Shown here: in pieces, positions 1 through 11,400 of the stretch
Layout: each line of letters opens with the position of its first letter
Position numbering within the stretch: position 1 is the stretch's first letter
IMG/VR virus record: IMGVR_UViG_3300033120_001005
Coordinates: 1 to 64,000 of that record
DNA from: a virus
Taxonomy: Duplodnaviria; Caudoviricetes
Length of the DNA stretch: 64,000 bases
Strand: one strand, 5' to 3'
Made by a program: the position numbers and the translations under genes
The notes under the pieces: model-generated
Told to the model about the DNA's origin: nothing
The model's database searches: none
Seen by the model: only the letters and a program-made list of their open reading frames with translations

Positions 1-3000
1 GTAACATCAATTGAATATTGAGGAGTTACAAATTCAACACCATCAAATTTAGAAAAAGGAATTTCTAATTTTATTGGGTTTCCATTTGTATCTACATCGA
101 TAATTTCAATTACTTTTTCTCCATTGGCATTTGTACTATATCCATCGGCAAAATCAAATTTTACTACTGCATAACGTTCATCACGTTCAATATGAGCAAT
201 TGAACCAGGAGCAATTAATGAATTTACTCTTTCATAATAAAATTGTGGTTTTTCACCTGATTCAGCTAAAACATTAATTGGAGCAACAAAAGCATTGTTA
301 ATATATTGCTGATTTACAGCAAAATTAATTAAGTAATCTTCAAACAATTCTAAACCTGAGTCAAGCAACTGATTTTGTTCTATTGATTTTAAAAATTGCA
401 CCAAATCTTTTGAGCCAATTACAGTATCTATAGCTTTTTTGTTCTCTATTGTTTTTAAAATGGTTTTAGCATTTTCTTTAATGTTGTCTGGGTTTGATAC
501 TAATTGATTTAAAATACCACTATAAAACGATTCAATATCTAACAATGATGGTGCGTTTCCAAAATTAACTTTTGGAGCCATGTTTACTTTTGATAAAAAT
601 TGAATTTCAACAAACTTTTTAAATAGTTTGTTTGCTTCATTTTTTAACTTATCATTATTTAATTCAATTGTGTTTTTGTTGTTTACTTTTTTAACCTCAA
701 AAAACTCAGGCAACCATTTTTGCAATTCCAATACAGATAATTTTGAATTACCTATTATTGAAGAAATGTAATTTTCAAACATTCCGGGTTTAAAATTATC
801 ACCTACAACCAATATATCTTCATAATAAAACATATCGTTCATTCTTTTAAACCTTGGAACTCTATATGATTTAAGTTTAGGTTTATTAGATGGCATAAAT
901 AAATTTGAAAACCAGTTGTTACCAAATTTTCTTGAATTAAAATAATTTGCTAAACCTGCCAATAACCTTTGTTCTTCATTAGCATTGTCAATTTTTTGAA
1001 TATTATCAACTGTTTGGCCTTGTGTTGTGTTTTTAAATGAATGGATTTCATTTTCAGTAAGGCTTTGCATAATTTGAGGTTCAGTAAAATAAATATTAAA
1101 CTGATTTTCTGGTTTTACAAATTTAGCAAGCGGTGTACCAACAACGGCTTTTTTAAATTCAGCGTAAAAATCTTGAATATCATCGTTTTTAGATAATATT
1201 TTTTTAGCAACTAAATTAAGTTTGTCAGTCCATGTACTTATAACATTTGGTCTTGCAGTAGCATTTTCTGTTTGTTTTTTGCCTTGGTTATATAATTTGT
1301 TTTGAGGAACAATCAAACCACCATTAAGCGACTTGTTAAGGTATTTTTCTAAAAACATTTTTAACAAAACAAACTTAGGATTATTTAAATCCTGTTCTAT
1401 TGGAGAAAATATATCAGCTAAGAAAGTATTAAACATTGCAACTTCCATTTCTGATTTAGTTGTATAGTTTGATATAGTTTGTATTTTTTGAACGTTAAAC
1501 ATATCTTTTAACAACCCAATAGAACCTTCACTTTCTTCTGTTACGTTATTAAACATATCTACAAGCTCAAGTATTTTGTCGTAACTATTGGCTGGATCAT
1601 TATTAATGTCTTGCCATAAGTTTTCATACCTACGCTTTGTTTCAGGATTACTTTTTAAAATAGATTTAGCCAAATACAAACCATTGGCCAATTCATTTTG
1701 TATTGACTGTAAACTATCACCAATGTTGATTGAATATGCAGCTAATCCATTTGATGTAATTGATACTTGTAAATTTCTTCTTGGTTTGTTTTCAAATACA
1801 TTACGCATTTGATTGTTTAAAAAAATTAATTTAGCAGGATTTAAACTGTCTTCGCCCATCATTGCATCAAAATATTCTTCCATTAAATTACCTGTTTCTT
1901 TGATAATTGTTTGGCTGATATTATCTAATCCAGTTACGTTTTTTGCATAATTTATAGCATCATAAGGCGTAGGAAAAGAATGAAACATTAATGACACCAA
2001 TTGTTCAGTGTTAAATGAACTATCAATACCATGTTTTTGACGTAATAATTTTTTGATTGAAGTATAAAAAGCATTTACTAAATTGGCTTCTGGAGATTTT
2101 TCATTGTTAGGCACAACATCCCTAGCACCAAAATTAGATTCTAAATCAGTTTCAATTGTTTCTAAAACAACATCATCAATTACTTCACCATTAGTTATTC
2201 TTCTTAAAACTTCTTGTGATTTAGGAATAAATTTAGGGGAATTAATATTGCCCTGAGTTATTATATGAGCTTGTTCATAATAATCTAAAAAATGATGTTG
2301 ATTTGTATTTGTTGCTGATGTCAATGAATTTACAACCGATACAACATAATTGTTAATGGCATTATTAATTTCTTTTTCTGAGTTAGATTCAAAATCATTT
2401 ATTGGAACCATTGCCATGCCATTTGGCATAGTAATTCCATAAATCTGATTTATTTGTTCAGAAATTTCTTTATACAAACCTGCTTTTAATTCAGCCAATA
2501 TTTGTGTTTTGTTTTCTTCAGATAAATTTTCAGCTATTTTATTTACAGATGAAAAATTATTTTGAATATATCCTGACAGATTTAAAACAACCGAATTAAC
2601 GGTTTTTCTTATCTCTACAGCATTATTTTGAGTTAACGATGCTTTGTTTTGTGTTGCGTAATAAATTGGGTTTAATTTAATATCAGAATCAATTTTATTT
2701 AAAATATCAAAAAACCCAGTCATGTTAACTTTTTTGTTATTTGGTATTTCGTTTTCAGCTTTATCAATTGCTTCTCTTAAATTTTCAAATGATTTTAAGG
2801 TTTGCTTTTGAGACCTTTTAGATGCTAAACGTTTTGATTTTTTAGCAGCCAATCTTCCTTTTTTTATTAAAGCATTTTTGATTTCAGAAGACAATATTCT
2901 TTTATTCATTGCTTCATTTTTAGGTGTTGGTATTTCACCAGAAACAACTTTTTTCTGATATTCATCTTTTACTTTATTTTCTATTTCTTCATTTGACAAC

Positions 3001-5780
3001 TCAGGATTTGAATCAATAATTCCATTAATTAAATCTTGTTTTGTTTTTTGAATTACTTTAGTTGGTGATTTTTTTTCATTGGTATTATTTCCTAATGAAT
3101 TATTAGCTACTGAATTGTTTTCTACAAAGTTATTTTCTACAGGTGTTGGTTTAGGAGTATCATTTACAGATACTCCCTGATTTTGTTTTTCTACAACATC
3201 ATTAACAGGTTCAATAGGGTTAGTGTTTAACACTTCCCTTTGCCCTTGGTTCCCTTTGTTTTCGATTTTCCCTTCATTTTGATTTATACCATTAGTAATT
3301 ATTTTTGATTCAATTGTTTTTACAATTGGTGATTGAGGATTTTGATTTTTAGCCCTAACATATGCTTTTGCTACAGATTTAGGGGAATTATCTTTACTCA
3401 TTCCAATTGATTTAGTTAAAGCAGGCCATTCTTCTTTTGATACTTTTTCTAATTCAGAAGTTACAGTTTCTTCATTTACATTATTAGATTGAGAACTGTC
3501 ATTATTAGCTTTATTGTTGGTTGTATCAGATTTTGAGCTATTTGTTTTTTCTTCATTAGTATCGCTTTCTTGTGTTTTATTTTCAGCTTGTTTTTCTAAT
3601 TCTGGTAGTTTTTGTTGAATTAAAGTTTCTTCTTTAACTAACGATGCTTTTTGCGCTAGTTTTTCATCCTTGCTTTCTTGTAATGCAGCTTTGAATGAGG
3701 GATTAATATTTTCAGATGCCATTTGTTCGTCATAAACTTTAATAGCTTCATCTATTTGTGTTTTTTGTTGTTCAATTTGAGTTAATCTTGTATTGGCACC
3801 ATCTAAAGTTTTTTGTTCAGCAACAATTTCTGTATCATCATTTAAATCAATAGCATTTTGAACACCTGTACTAATTTGTGTTTCATCTGGTTTAACACCA
3901 AATTTTTTAGCCATTTCTGTTTTTTTTGCAGAAATTTCTATTTGTTTAGCTACATTGTTAATTTCAGAAATATTATTTTGAACCAATTCTGGGCTTTCGT
4001 TTACAGCTACATTAAACAAAGAATTGTTTAACGTTTCCATGTCTTTTGAATTTCCATTGTAAACAATGCTTTTAACTGAATTCATTAATTCATTTTGAGC
4101 ACCCTCAGATAAATTAGAGTTTTCAATAATTTTAAAAGTTTCGCGGTAAGTGTTTAATTTATCTAAAGCAACACCACCTTCAGATTTAGAAATATATCCT
4201 TTGTCAACCGATTTATTAATATTATTAACTGTTTCTTTATAATTTTCATCATTAGAAGCCATTTCAATAAATGCAGAATTTAAAAATTCTTGTGGGTTTG
4301 ATTTGTTTTTGTAAATATCTTTTGCTGTATTTGGCAAACCCGCAATAACAGAACTAGCCATGGTAACTAAAAAAGTATTAACTGCTTGTTTTTTTTGCTC
4401 ATTTAAATACTCTTCATTATTTACTATGTTAAATTGTCCATCTGCTAAATAATCTTTTACTGCATCAACACCCATTTGACCTGCTTGATCAGCAATTTCT
4501 TCAATAGATTCATTTAAACCATTTTTTAGTAGATTTAAACCAGCATTGTAAGTAATTTTTCCTGTTCTAATTAATTCAGGAATATTTTTAAATCCTTTTA
4601 AAATCTTAGCTTCTGGTAAAATTATTTCACTTAAACCAGTAATAGTAGATCGCATACTTCCTTCTAATAATGCTAATTTGGGATTATTATTTGTTTGTAA
4701 TGCTTCTGTATAATTATCAAAAAAAGATGATCCAAAACCATATGCAAATGATTTTCCAGCTATTACAGCTCCGGGTGTTAATCCTGTAAAAGCAGCGGCA
4801 TCTAATATTTGTCCTACGCTACTTGTAATTTGATTAATTGGATTTTTCATTACTTCTTGGTTTCCCGAAGCAATATCGTCAACCTCCATTTTTTGTTTTA
4901 ATGCAACCAATTCTTTATTATAATCAGTTCCATTAGTTAATGAATTTATTTTAGCAACTAATGGTGCAGCCATTTGCCTTCCAGAAGTACTAATACCAGA
5001 AGAAAATGCTTGTAATCCTTGAAAAACAGGATTTGACAAAATAGAACTTTGTTTTGTTTGTTGTTCTCTTACTTTTTCAGCATTTAAAAATTCATTTATA
5101 TCAACATCATTTTTAAAATAATCTTTGTATGCTTCACGAATAACATCTTCTTCTTTTTGTTTTTGTTCAATTTGTTTAATTTTTTCTGCACCACGAGTTT
5201 TTAACTCAGGTGTTATTTGTTCTGCTAAAAAATTATATTTTTTGGCAAGTGCGGGTAATTGTTCATCTAGTTTTGAAATTGTTTCAAAATCATTGTTTAC
5301 ATAAGCTTGACTGTAATCATTTACATATTTGTCTTTTTGTTTTTGTATTGAATCAAAATTACGAATAGTAGAAACATCTGCATCTGCATTCATTTGTTTT
5401 GCAAATTGTTTGTTTTGATTTGTATATGGAGACAACAAATTATTTAACACATTCATTTTTCCTGAACCTGTTTGATAATCTCCAGTTGTATTATAAAACT
5501 CTAATGCCCTTTTAGGATCAGCTGTTAAAGCATTAAATAAAGGTTCAAATTTGCCTAAATTTTCAGGCGATATTTGTAAAGCTTTTGCTGCTTTATCAAC
5601 TATTTGCTCTTTACTAACTGAGGTTTGATTTTGAAACGTTTGCATTTGAGGATTTTTGCCTTTCCCCATTTTATTTGCTGCTGTTGTAAAATCTGTATCA
5701 AATGTTGTTGGTTTTGGTGCGTCAGGATTTCTGCTTGCAACATCATCAACTATTTTATTTGGGTCAAAATTAGGATTCAT
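1..5780 (-). CDS. Giant virion cargo protein, probable crAss-type virion RNA polymerase (3'-partial, >1900 aa)
   Basis: ATG at 5780 (MNPNFDPNKIVDD...). The ORF track lists no minus-strand ORF here, consistent with the frame staying open to the window edge; I translated both ends in the same frame (last residues ...ERVNSLIAPG...PFSKFDGVEFVTPQYSIDV). Its position after the muzzle and cargo genes matches crAss-like vRNAP genes. The catalytic DxDxD-type motif is not in the window. Confidence 0.6.
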   Translation of the reverse strand, partial: MNPNFDPNKIVDDVASRNPDAPKPTTFDTDFTTAANKMGKGKNPQMQTFQNQTSVSKEQIVDKAAKALQISPENLGKFEPLFNALTADPKRALEFYNTTGDYQTGSGKMNVLNNLLSPYTNQNKQFAKQMNADADVSTIRNFDSIQKQKDKYVNDYSQAYVNNDFETISKLDEQLPALAKKYNFLAEQITPELKTRGAEKIKQIEQKQKEEDVIREAYKDYFKNDVDINEFLNAEKVREQQTKQSSILSNPVFQGLQAFSSGISTSGRQMAAPLVAKINSLTNGTDYNKELVALKQKMEVDDIASGNQEVMKNPINQITSSVGQILDAAAFTGLTPGAVIAGKSFAYGFGSSFFDNYTEALQTNNNPKLALLEGSMRSTITGLSEIILPEAKILKGFKNIPELIRTGKITYNAGLNLLKNGLNESIEEIADQAGQMGVDAVKDYLADGQFNIVNNEEYLNEQKKQAVNTFLVTMASSVIAGLPNTAKDIYKNKSNPQEFLNSAFIEMASNDENYKETVNNINKSVDKGYISKSEGGVALDKLNTYRETFKIIENSNLSEGAQNELMNSVKSIVYNGNSKDMETLNNSLFNVAVNESPELVQNNISEINNVAKQIEISAKKTEMAKKFGVKPDETQISTGVQNAIDLNDDTEIVAEQKTLDGANTRLTQIEQQKTQIDEAIKVYDEQMASENINPSFKAALQESKDEKLAQKASLVKEETLIQQKLPELEKQAENKTQESDTNEEKTNSSKSDTTNNKANNDSSQSNNVNEETVTSELEKVSKEEWPALTKSIGMSKDNSPKSVAKAYVRAKNQNPQSPIVKTIESKIITNGINQNEGKIENKGNQGQREVLNTNPIEPVNDVVEKQNQGVSVNDTPKPTPVENNFVENNSVANNSLGNNTNEKKSPTKVIQKTKQDLINGIIDSNPELSNEEIENKVKDEYQKKVVSGEIPTPKNEAMNKRILSSEIKNALIKKGRLAAKKSKRLASKRSQKQTLKSFENLREAIDKAENEIPNNKKVNMTGFFDILNKIDSDIKLNPIYYATQNKASLTQNNAVEIRKTVNSVVLNLSGYIQNNFSSVNKIAENLSEENKTQILAELKAGLYKEISEQINQIYGITMPNGMAMVPINDFESNSEKEINNAINNYVVSVVNSLTSATNTNQHHFLDYYEQAHIITQGNINSPKFIPKSQEVLRRITNGEVIDDVVLETIETDLESNFGARDVVPNNEKSPEANLVNAFYTSIKKLLRQKHGIDSSFNTEQLVSLMFHSFPTPYDAINYAKNVTGLDNISQTIIKETGNLMEEYFDAMMGEDSLNPAKLIFLNNQMRNVFENKPRRNLQVSITSNGLAAYSINIGDSLQSIQNELANGLYLAKSILKSNPETKRRYENLWQDINNDPANSYDKILELVDMFNNVTEESEGSIGLLKDMFNVQKIQTISNYTTKSEMEVAMFNTFLADIFSPIEQDLNNPKFVLLKMFLEKYLNKSLNGGLIVPQNKLYNQGKKQTENATARPNVISTWTDKLNLVAKKILSKNDDIQDFYAEFKKAVVGTPLAKFVKPENQFNIYFTEPQIMQSLTENEIHSFKNTTQGQTVDNIQKIDNANEEQRLLAGLANYFNSRKFGNNWFSNLFMPSNKPKLKSYRVPRFKRMNDMFYYEDILVVGDNFKPGMFENYISSIIGNSKLSVLELQKWLPEFFEVKKVNNKNTIELNNDKLKNEANKLFKKFVEIQFLSKVNMAPKVNFGNAPSLLDIESFYSGILNQLVSNPDNIKENAKTILKTIENKKAIDTVIGSKDLVQFLKSIEQNQLLDSGLELFEDYLINFAVNQQYINNAFVAPINVLAESGEKPQFYYERVNSLIAPGSIAHIERDERYAVVKFDFADGYSTNANGEKVIEIIDVDTNGNPIKLEIPFSKFDGVEFVTPQYSIDV

Positions 5781-5784
5781 ATTT

Positions 5785-7110
5785 TTATTTAGGTTGTTTA
5801 AATGCTGAGTTTAATTTATTTACTACTTCTTCTATTGGTACTTTTTGTACTTGTGGCGGTGGTGTTCTTAAGTCATAATCCAAATCAATATTAGAAAAAT
5901 CTTTGTTAGCCATCAACAACAAATCTCTTTTTGTTACTTCACTAGTTAAATCAATCGGTTTGTAATATGTAGTTCTAACTGGTGACAAAACTTTACCATC
6001 TGAACTTAATCTTTTAACATTTACAGGAATTACCCACCTTTGTTTTTTAACATCTAAATAGGCTTCACCCGGTATTTTTTCAATAATTTCATTTGCTTTG
6101 TTTTGAACATTAACGGTTGAACCTTTTTCAGTTTGATATTGTCCATCAACTAAAACTTCATGTTCACCTTCATTTTTTTCTAATGTAGGATCAAAACCAC
6201 CTATTTTTTGTTTAGCAAAAAATGGAAGTTTTTTAAATGAAATTTCATCAACTCTATCTCTATTACCAATTAAATCAGTCCATGCAATATTTCTTTTATT
6301 TTTTGAATCAGTTCTCATTGCAGCAACTTGAATATCATTAGCATCTTTCATTTGTTGTATTGTAATTTTGTTTTGTCTATCAGCCTCTTTATTTTCCTTT
6401 ATGGCTGCTATTTGAGCATATTTTATATCATCACGAATAGTTTTAAAGAATGTTTTAGTTGGTGCTTTTGTTTCAGATTCAACAACTGCTTTAATATCAT
6501 CAGGATGATAATTTTCTAATTTCATTCTTTGAGCAATTTCATCTGTACTATAATGCGTTGTTTTGTCAGAATGTTCATCAATTACCCACTTACGAGGGTC
6601 AACTGGATTTTCATTATAAAACCCTTTAAAATCAATGTTACCTTTACCTGCCAACCAATTTTCAATACCACCATTGTCACCATATTTTATTTTAGTTCTA
6701 CCACTAGCAAGAGCGTTATTTACAATGTTGTAATGCATTTTATTGATTATACCGTTTTTGTATTCGTCTGAGGTTTCAACGTTTTGTTTAAATTCAGCAA
6801 TTTTATCATAACCACCGTTTGTTAAAAATTGTTGTACCGAACCATAATGGCGCAATTCATTAACAAGTTCTGATTTTAAAGTTTTATATTTCTTTTTAAA
6901 AGCTTCAACATCACCACCCATAAAATCTACTTTTCCTGTTTTGTACATTTCTTCAGCTACTTGTTTCATAGCCATTGATTCTTCCATTGCACTTTTTTCA
7001 ATGCTAGCCAAACCTTGCATAATTGAGTCATGAGCAATTTTATTTGCCTCACCAATTGGTTCACTTACATTTACTTTTGCAATTGATTCTGTATCTCCAA
7101 AATTTATCAT
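5785..7110 (-). CDS. Putative virion cargo/ejection protein (441 aa)
   Basis: Helical, charged protein between the muzzle and the giant cargo gene; assignment by synteny only. Confidence 0.45.
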   Translation of the reverse strand: MINFGDTESIAKVNVSEPIGEANKIAHDSIMQGLASIEKSAMEESMAMKQVAEEMYKTGKVDFMGGDVEAFKKKYKTLKSELVNELRHYGSVQQFLTNGGYDKIAEFKQNVETSDEYKNGIINKMHYNIVNNALASGRTKIKYGDNGGIENWLAGKGNIDFKGFYNENPVDPRKWVIDEHSDKTTHYSTDEIAQRMKLENYHPDDIKAVVESETKAPTKTFFKTIRDDIKYAQIAAIKENKEADRQNKITIQQMKDANDIQVAAMRTDSKNKRNIAWTDLIGNRDRVDEISFKKLPFFAKQKIGGFDPTLEKNEGEHEVLVDGQYQTEKGSTVNVQNKANEIIEKIPGEAYLDVKKQRWVIPVNVKRLSSDGKVLSPVRTTYYKPIDLTSEVTKRDLLLMANKDFSNIDLDYDLRTPPPQVQKVPIEEVVNKLNSAFKQPK

Positions 7111-7112
7111 AA

Positions 7113-7982
7113 TTATCTTAATAAATCAGCTAATGATTGTTTTTTTGAATTATATGCGTCTATTTGACGAATATTTGTAATAGGATTTTTTCTCAAATTA
7201 TTTTCAGCGTTTGCTTTAATATCTTCCAAATCAAAATTGTAATTGGTAATTTTATCATCACTTCCGTAATCTGTAAAATATTTACCCATAACATTACCTA
7301 TCATTAGTTTTTGCAAATTAGTATGAGCATCTTCTTTTATTTCATTTCCGGCAGCAGCTCCAAAATCATTCAAACCACCAGCAATTAAATCACTAATTCC
7401 TTTAATATGCCTTGACTTTAATTCATTGTTGTATTGTTCAACTTTAAAGTTTTGTTCTGATGCATTTAAATTATCCCTACTTGCATTCAATTGGTCATAC
7501 AAAGCTAATTGCTGTAAACCAGATGCCGCTCCAATTTTAGCTGTTTTTTCATCTTCAAGTTGTTTATCTAATGCTAAATTAGTTTTGTTTTCAATATCTG
7601 TAGCAATTGCGTTGTTTGCAGCAACAAAATTTCTGTCTCCACCACTATTACCAATACCACTTAACATTTGTGCTACTTTATTATTCCGAATATTTATACG
7701 TGCTGCATAATCATCATTATTTGAAAACGCATCTGCCATGGCATTATTTGCAGCTGCTTTTATTCCAGGATTTTGAACATATGAAGGTTTGTATTTACCT
7801 TCAACTTGTGGGGCATCTAAAAACATTCCGGCTATACCTAGTCCGGTTTTAATTAATCCAGTACCACCAATTATTTTAGTTGTATTTGTTAATCCCTCAG
7901 TTGTACCAACAGATTTATCCAAATCAACCAAATATTCCTTCATTCGTTTCATGTATAACGAATCAATAGTATCTTCATTCAT
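7113..7982 (-). CDS. Putative ejection/pilot protein (289 aa)
   Basis: Ala/Asn/Gly-rich helical protein with a hydrophobic GGTGLIKTGLGIAGMFL segment; synteny. Confidence 0.45.
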   Translation of the reverse strand: MNEDTIDSLYMKRMKEYLVDLDKSVGTTEGLTNTTKIIGGTGLIKTGLGIAGMFLDAPQVEGKYKPSYVQNPGIKAAANNAMADAFSNNDDYAARINIRNNKVAQMLSGIGNSGGDRNFVAANNAIATDIENKTNLALDKQLEDEKTAKIGAASGLQQLALYDQLNASRDNLNASEQNFKVEQYNNELKSRHIKGISDLIAGGLNDFGAAAGNEIKEDAHTNLQKLMIGNVMGKYFTDYGSDDKITNYNFDLEDIKANAENNLRKNPITNIRQIDAYNSKKQSLADLLR

Positions 7983-7985
7983 ATC

Positions 7986-8444
7986 TTAATAAGGGTTTTG
8001 TATTTCTCCAAAATAGTCACCTAAATTTTGTTTATTTATTTGACTTAAAACTTCATTTGATCTTATGTTATTAGATAAAGTGCGTCCGCGCATTTGAGAA
8101 TATTTCATTTCATCTAATGCTGCATTGTATTTTTCAGCTGATTTTGATAAATCCTCTTCTTTTTTATCAGTAGAAAAAATATCATATAAACCTTTTCCAA
8201 TACCTAAAATTGCACCACCTATAGCACCAGCGGCAGTACCTATTCCTGGACCACCAATTGCAGTCCCTAAACTAGCTCCACTACCTGCATAAGTCATTGC
8301 ATCACCTATAACATTTAATGAATGTTGGCCAGCTCCTGTTTTTTGAACTGAAGCATATGGATTATTTATATTAAATTGGTTTTCAAACTGGTTTATGTCA
8401 GTAAACCCGCTAAACGTTCTATTATTGTTATTATTATTTTCCAT
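7986..8444 (-). CDS. Putative ejection protein with glycine zipper (152 aa)
   Basis: GSGASLGTAIGGPGIGTAAGAIGGAILGIGKG glycine-zipper motif, typical of membrane-penetrating pilot proteins. Confidence 0.5.
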   Translation of the reverse strand: MENNNNNNRTFSGFTDINQFENQFNINNPYASVQKTGAGQHSLNVIGDAMTYAGSGASLGTAIGGPGIGTAAGAIGGAILGIGKGLYDIFSTDKKEEDLSKSAEKYNAALDEMKYSQMRGRTLSNNIRSNEVLSQINKQNLGDYFGEIQNPY

Positions 8445-8446
8445 AC

Positions 8447-11400
8447 CTAAAGTGTTCGAATATAGCTTTCTAAGCTGTTTATTACATTTTTTATTTTATT
8501 GAATGTGTAAACAAATTTAATTGTAAAATATGTACTTCTCAAACGCTCCTTGGTATTTAATTTAGGAATAGCCATTTGAAATTGCCTTAGCCTTAATTTT
8601 CCGTAAGTGTTAGGATTTGAAATAATAAGATTTTCTTCTTGCTCTTTTGAATATATTTCAATTCTATTTGGAACGTTTTCTTCTTTTACAGTCAAAATTA
8701 AATTATCATAACTAATCATTTCTGATTTTCCATTAGTAACATACATTACTGGATAAGACTCAAATTGTTCTGTGTAATCAAATTTCAATAATTTCAAGCA
8801 AAATATTAAACCATTGTATGTATTTGTGTTGTTTACAAACAATAATGACAATGGAGCAATAAATGAAGTATGTGGAATAAATGAATATTCATTTACACTG
8901 CTTGCTGGATAAGCAGCGTCTAAAAAATCATTTATTCCAATTGGATTTGCATTTAATTTTAAAACATCATATACTGGTCCAAAAAACAATTTTTGTGGAG
9001 AACTCATTCCACCGCCAGAAGGAAAAGAAATATTAAACTGAATAGTGTATTTTACTCCTTTTAAAAAATGAAATTCTTTATTTGAAGATAATAAATAATA
9101 ATTTTGGTTTGCAGGAATTCCGTTTGGAATACTTAAAACAAAATTTGTGGCCAAATTATTCAATGTTGTGTTTTCTGAAATTACAACGTTTTTATTAGGA
9201 TAAAACAAATTATTCCACAAACAAGAATCCATTGGAACTTTTAAATCAGTATTTACATTGTCATAATGAAATTCACTTTCTGAACTTTCAATATTGATTT
9301 GGTTTCCAAATTGAGTATCTACAAATATTTTTTCTAAGTGCTGATTAATTCTTAAATTAGATGATCTATATTCTAAAAAGTCATAGTTTTCATTAAATGA
9401 ATACAATTCCGGGCTTTTAGTGTCAGTCAAATAAAGGGTTAAAATTTGTAGTTTATCTAATTTATATGGTACTTCAGATATTACGTCAAACTCAATTAAA
9501 TAACCAACTGCATTTACACTTATGTCAGTAACTAATATTGTTTGCAAAACTGTTGTCCCTGTGTTATTTCTTAAATAAGAATATTTTTCACCTATTTTGG
9601 GTTGAGATAATGTTTTAGAAATAATCATTGGTTGACTAATTGACAAAATTTTGTACGATTTACGAGAAACTATATACAAGTAAATCATGTTTTCTTCTTT
9701 ATCTTTAAATAAAATAACATCATTAAATGTCCAAACGTTTCTTGTGTCTTCAACTATTTCAAACTTTGATAATTCATTTTGAAAACCTGTCAATACACTA
9801 AGTAGAATTATTTCTTTTTCTGTGGCTAAACAAAATATTTGGTGTTGAGAGCTTACAAAATAAATTCCTTTTTCACCTTTTATTCCAGGATAATAACTAC
9901 CAAAAGTTGTTGACAAATCCAAGGGAACAGATGAAATAAAATTACCTGAAGTAATTGTAATCATGGTACCATTAGTTGTTTGAACAAATTCTTTTGAATC
10001 AATTACATATTTTCTAAAACCAAACTGTTGCTGAACTAGCAAATGATTATTAAAATAAAAAACTGCAATTATTTGTCCAAAATCAGATTGAACTTCTAAT
10101 GAATTAATTGGGTTTATGTCAACATAAGAATCATATATTCTACCTATTACAGTAGGATTTGAATACATTATAATATTATCAAATTTTGACCGAGGCTTCA
10201 AAAACTCTTGACTTATGTATTTGTAATTGTTTAAATTATTTTCAGCAGCATAATCACGATTAATTTTTTTAAAACCATAAGCTGTGAAATTGTTAATTAC
10301 AGGGTTTATTCTTAAAAATGGAAATACGCTATCATCAGCCATTGCCATATTAAATTTTGTAATTAATGGATTAACTATTACAGGATTAAAACCTTTAGTA
10401 AAATTATAATAACCAGCTGTTACGTTTAAATATTCAGTACGAAAATAATTATTGCGCATTGTCACAATTTGATGATTAGTAGAAATATAATTATTTCCAA
10501 TAAAAGCCCTCTTGTAATTGCCATTGTATCTTTTTGTTAAATCTATTTCAAAATTTGTTTTAGTGTATTCTTCAATATCCTCATTTGTACTACTATTTTC
10601 TCTTTCAATTTGAAATTTAACAATCCCTTTAAGATTATCACTTGGAATTCCACCCGCTGCCAATAATTCATTATATATGTCATTATTAATATTAAAAGAT
10701 ATATCAAAAGCCCTCATGTTAATTGTTTCATCAGGCATTTTGTCTTCACCAACTTTAAAACCCGATTCACTTGGTTTAGGATAAATTTGTTGTTTGAAAC
10801 TAACAATATCAAAATAAAATCTGTTACTATTTATATAGTTGTTATTATGGCAAAAAAAATAAGTTGTAGGGTCATTATACAATGCATTACCTTTTATTGT
10901 ATATGCAGAAACATTTAATATGCGAATTTTGTCTCCTTGTTTAAAATTGTAATTATTGTAAACATTATAACCGTCTGCATCTGGAAGATAAGCCATTTTA
11001 ATTCCTGTTTGTGTTAATATACCAAAACCTTCTGTTGGTGAATAGGAATTATTTAACTGTTGTTTCTTTTCTACTAAAATTGCTTTTTTAGCCCAATTTG
11101 GCCATGTCGGATTATTTACTTTAATGTTTAATCCATAAGCATACAATTCATAACCACCAGTAATTTTTCTTGTTTCATATTCTATTTCGTCTGAATACAA
11201 ACTTTGTTGGTTTGATTTTGCAATGGCTAAATCCCAACTTTCAGCTGACAAATAAAATTTATTCCAATTAATTACTCCATTAGGGTGGCTCCAATTATTA
11301 TTATATTTAATGTTTTTTAATTTTCTAAAATCTAATTCTAGTTCAAAAGGCTGCGAAGGTTCACTTTCATTACCATATTCATCAATATAAATCCATGCGT

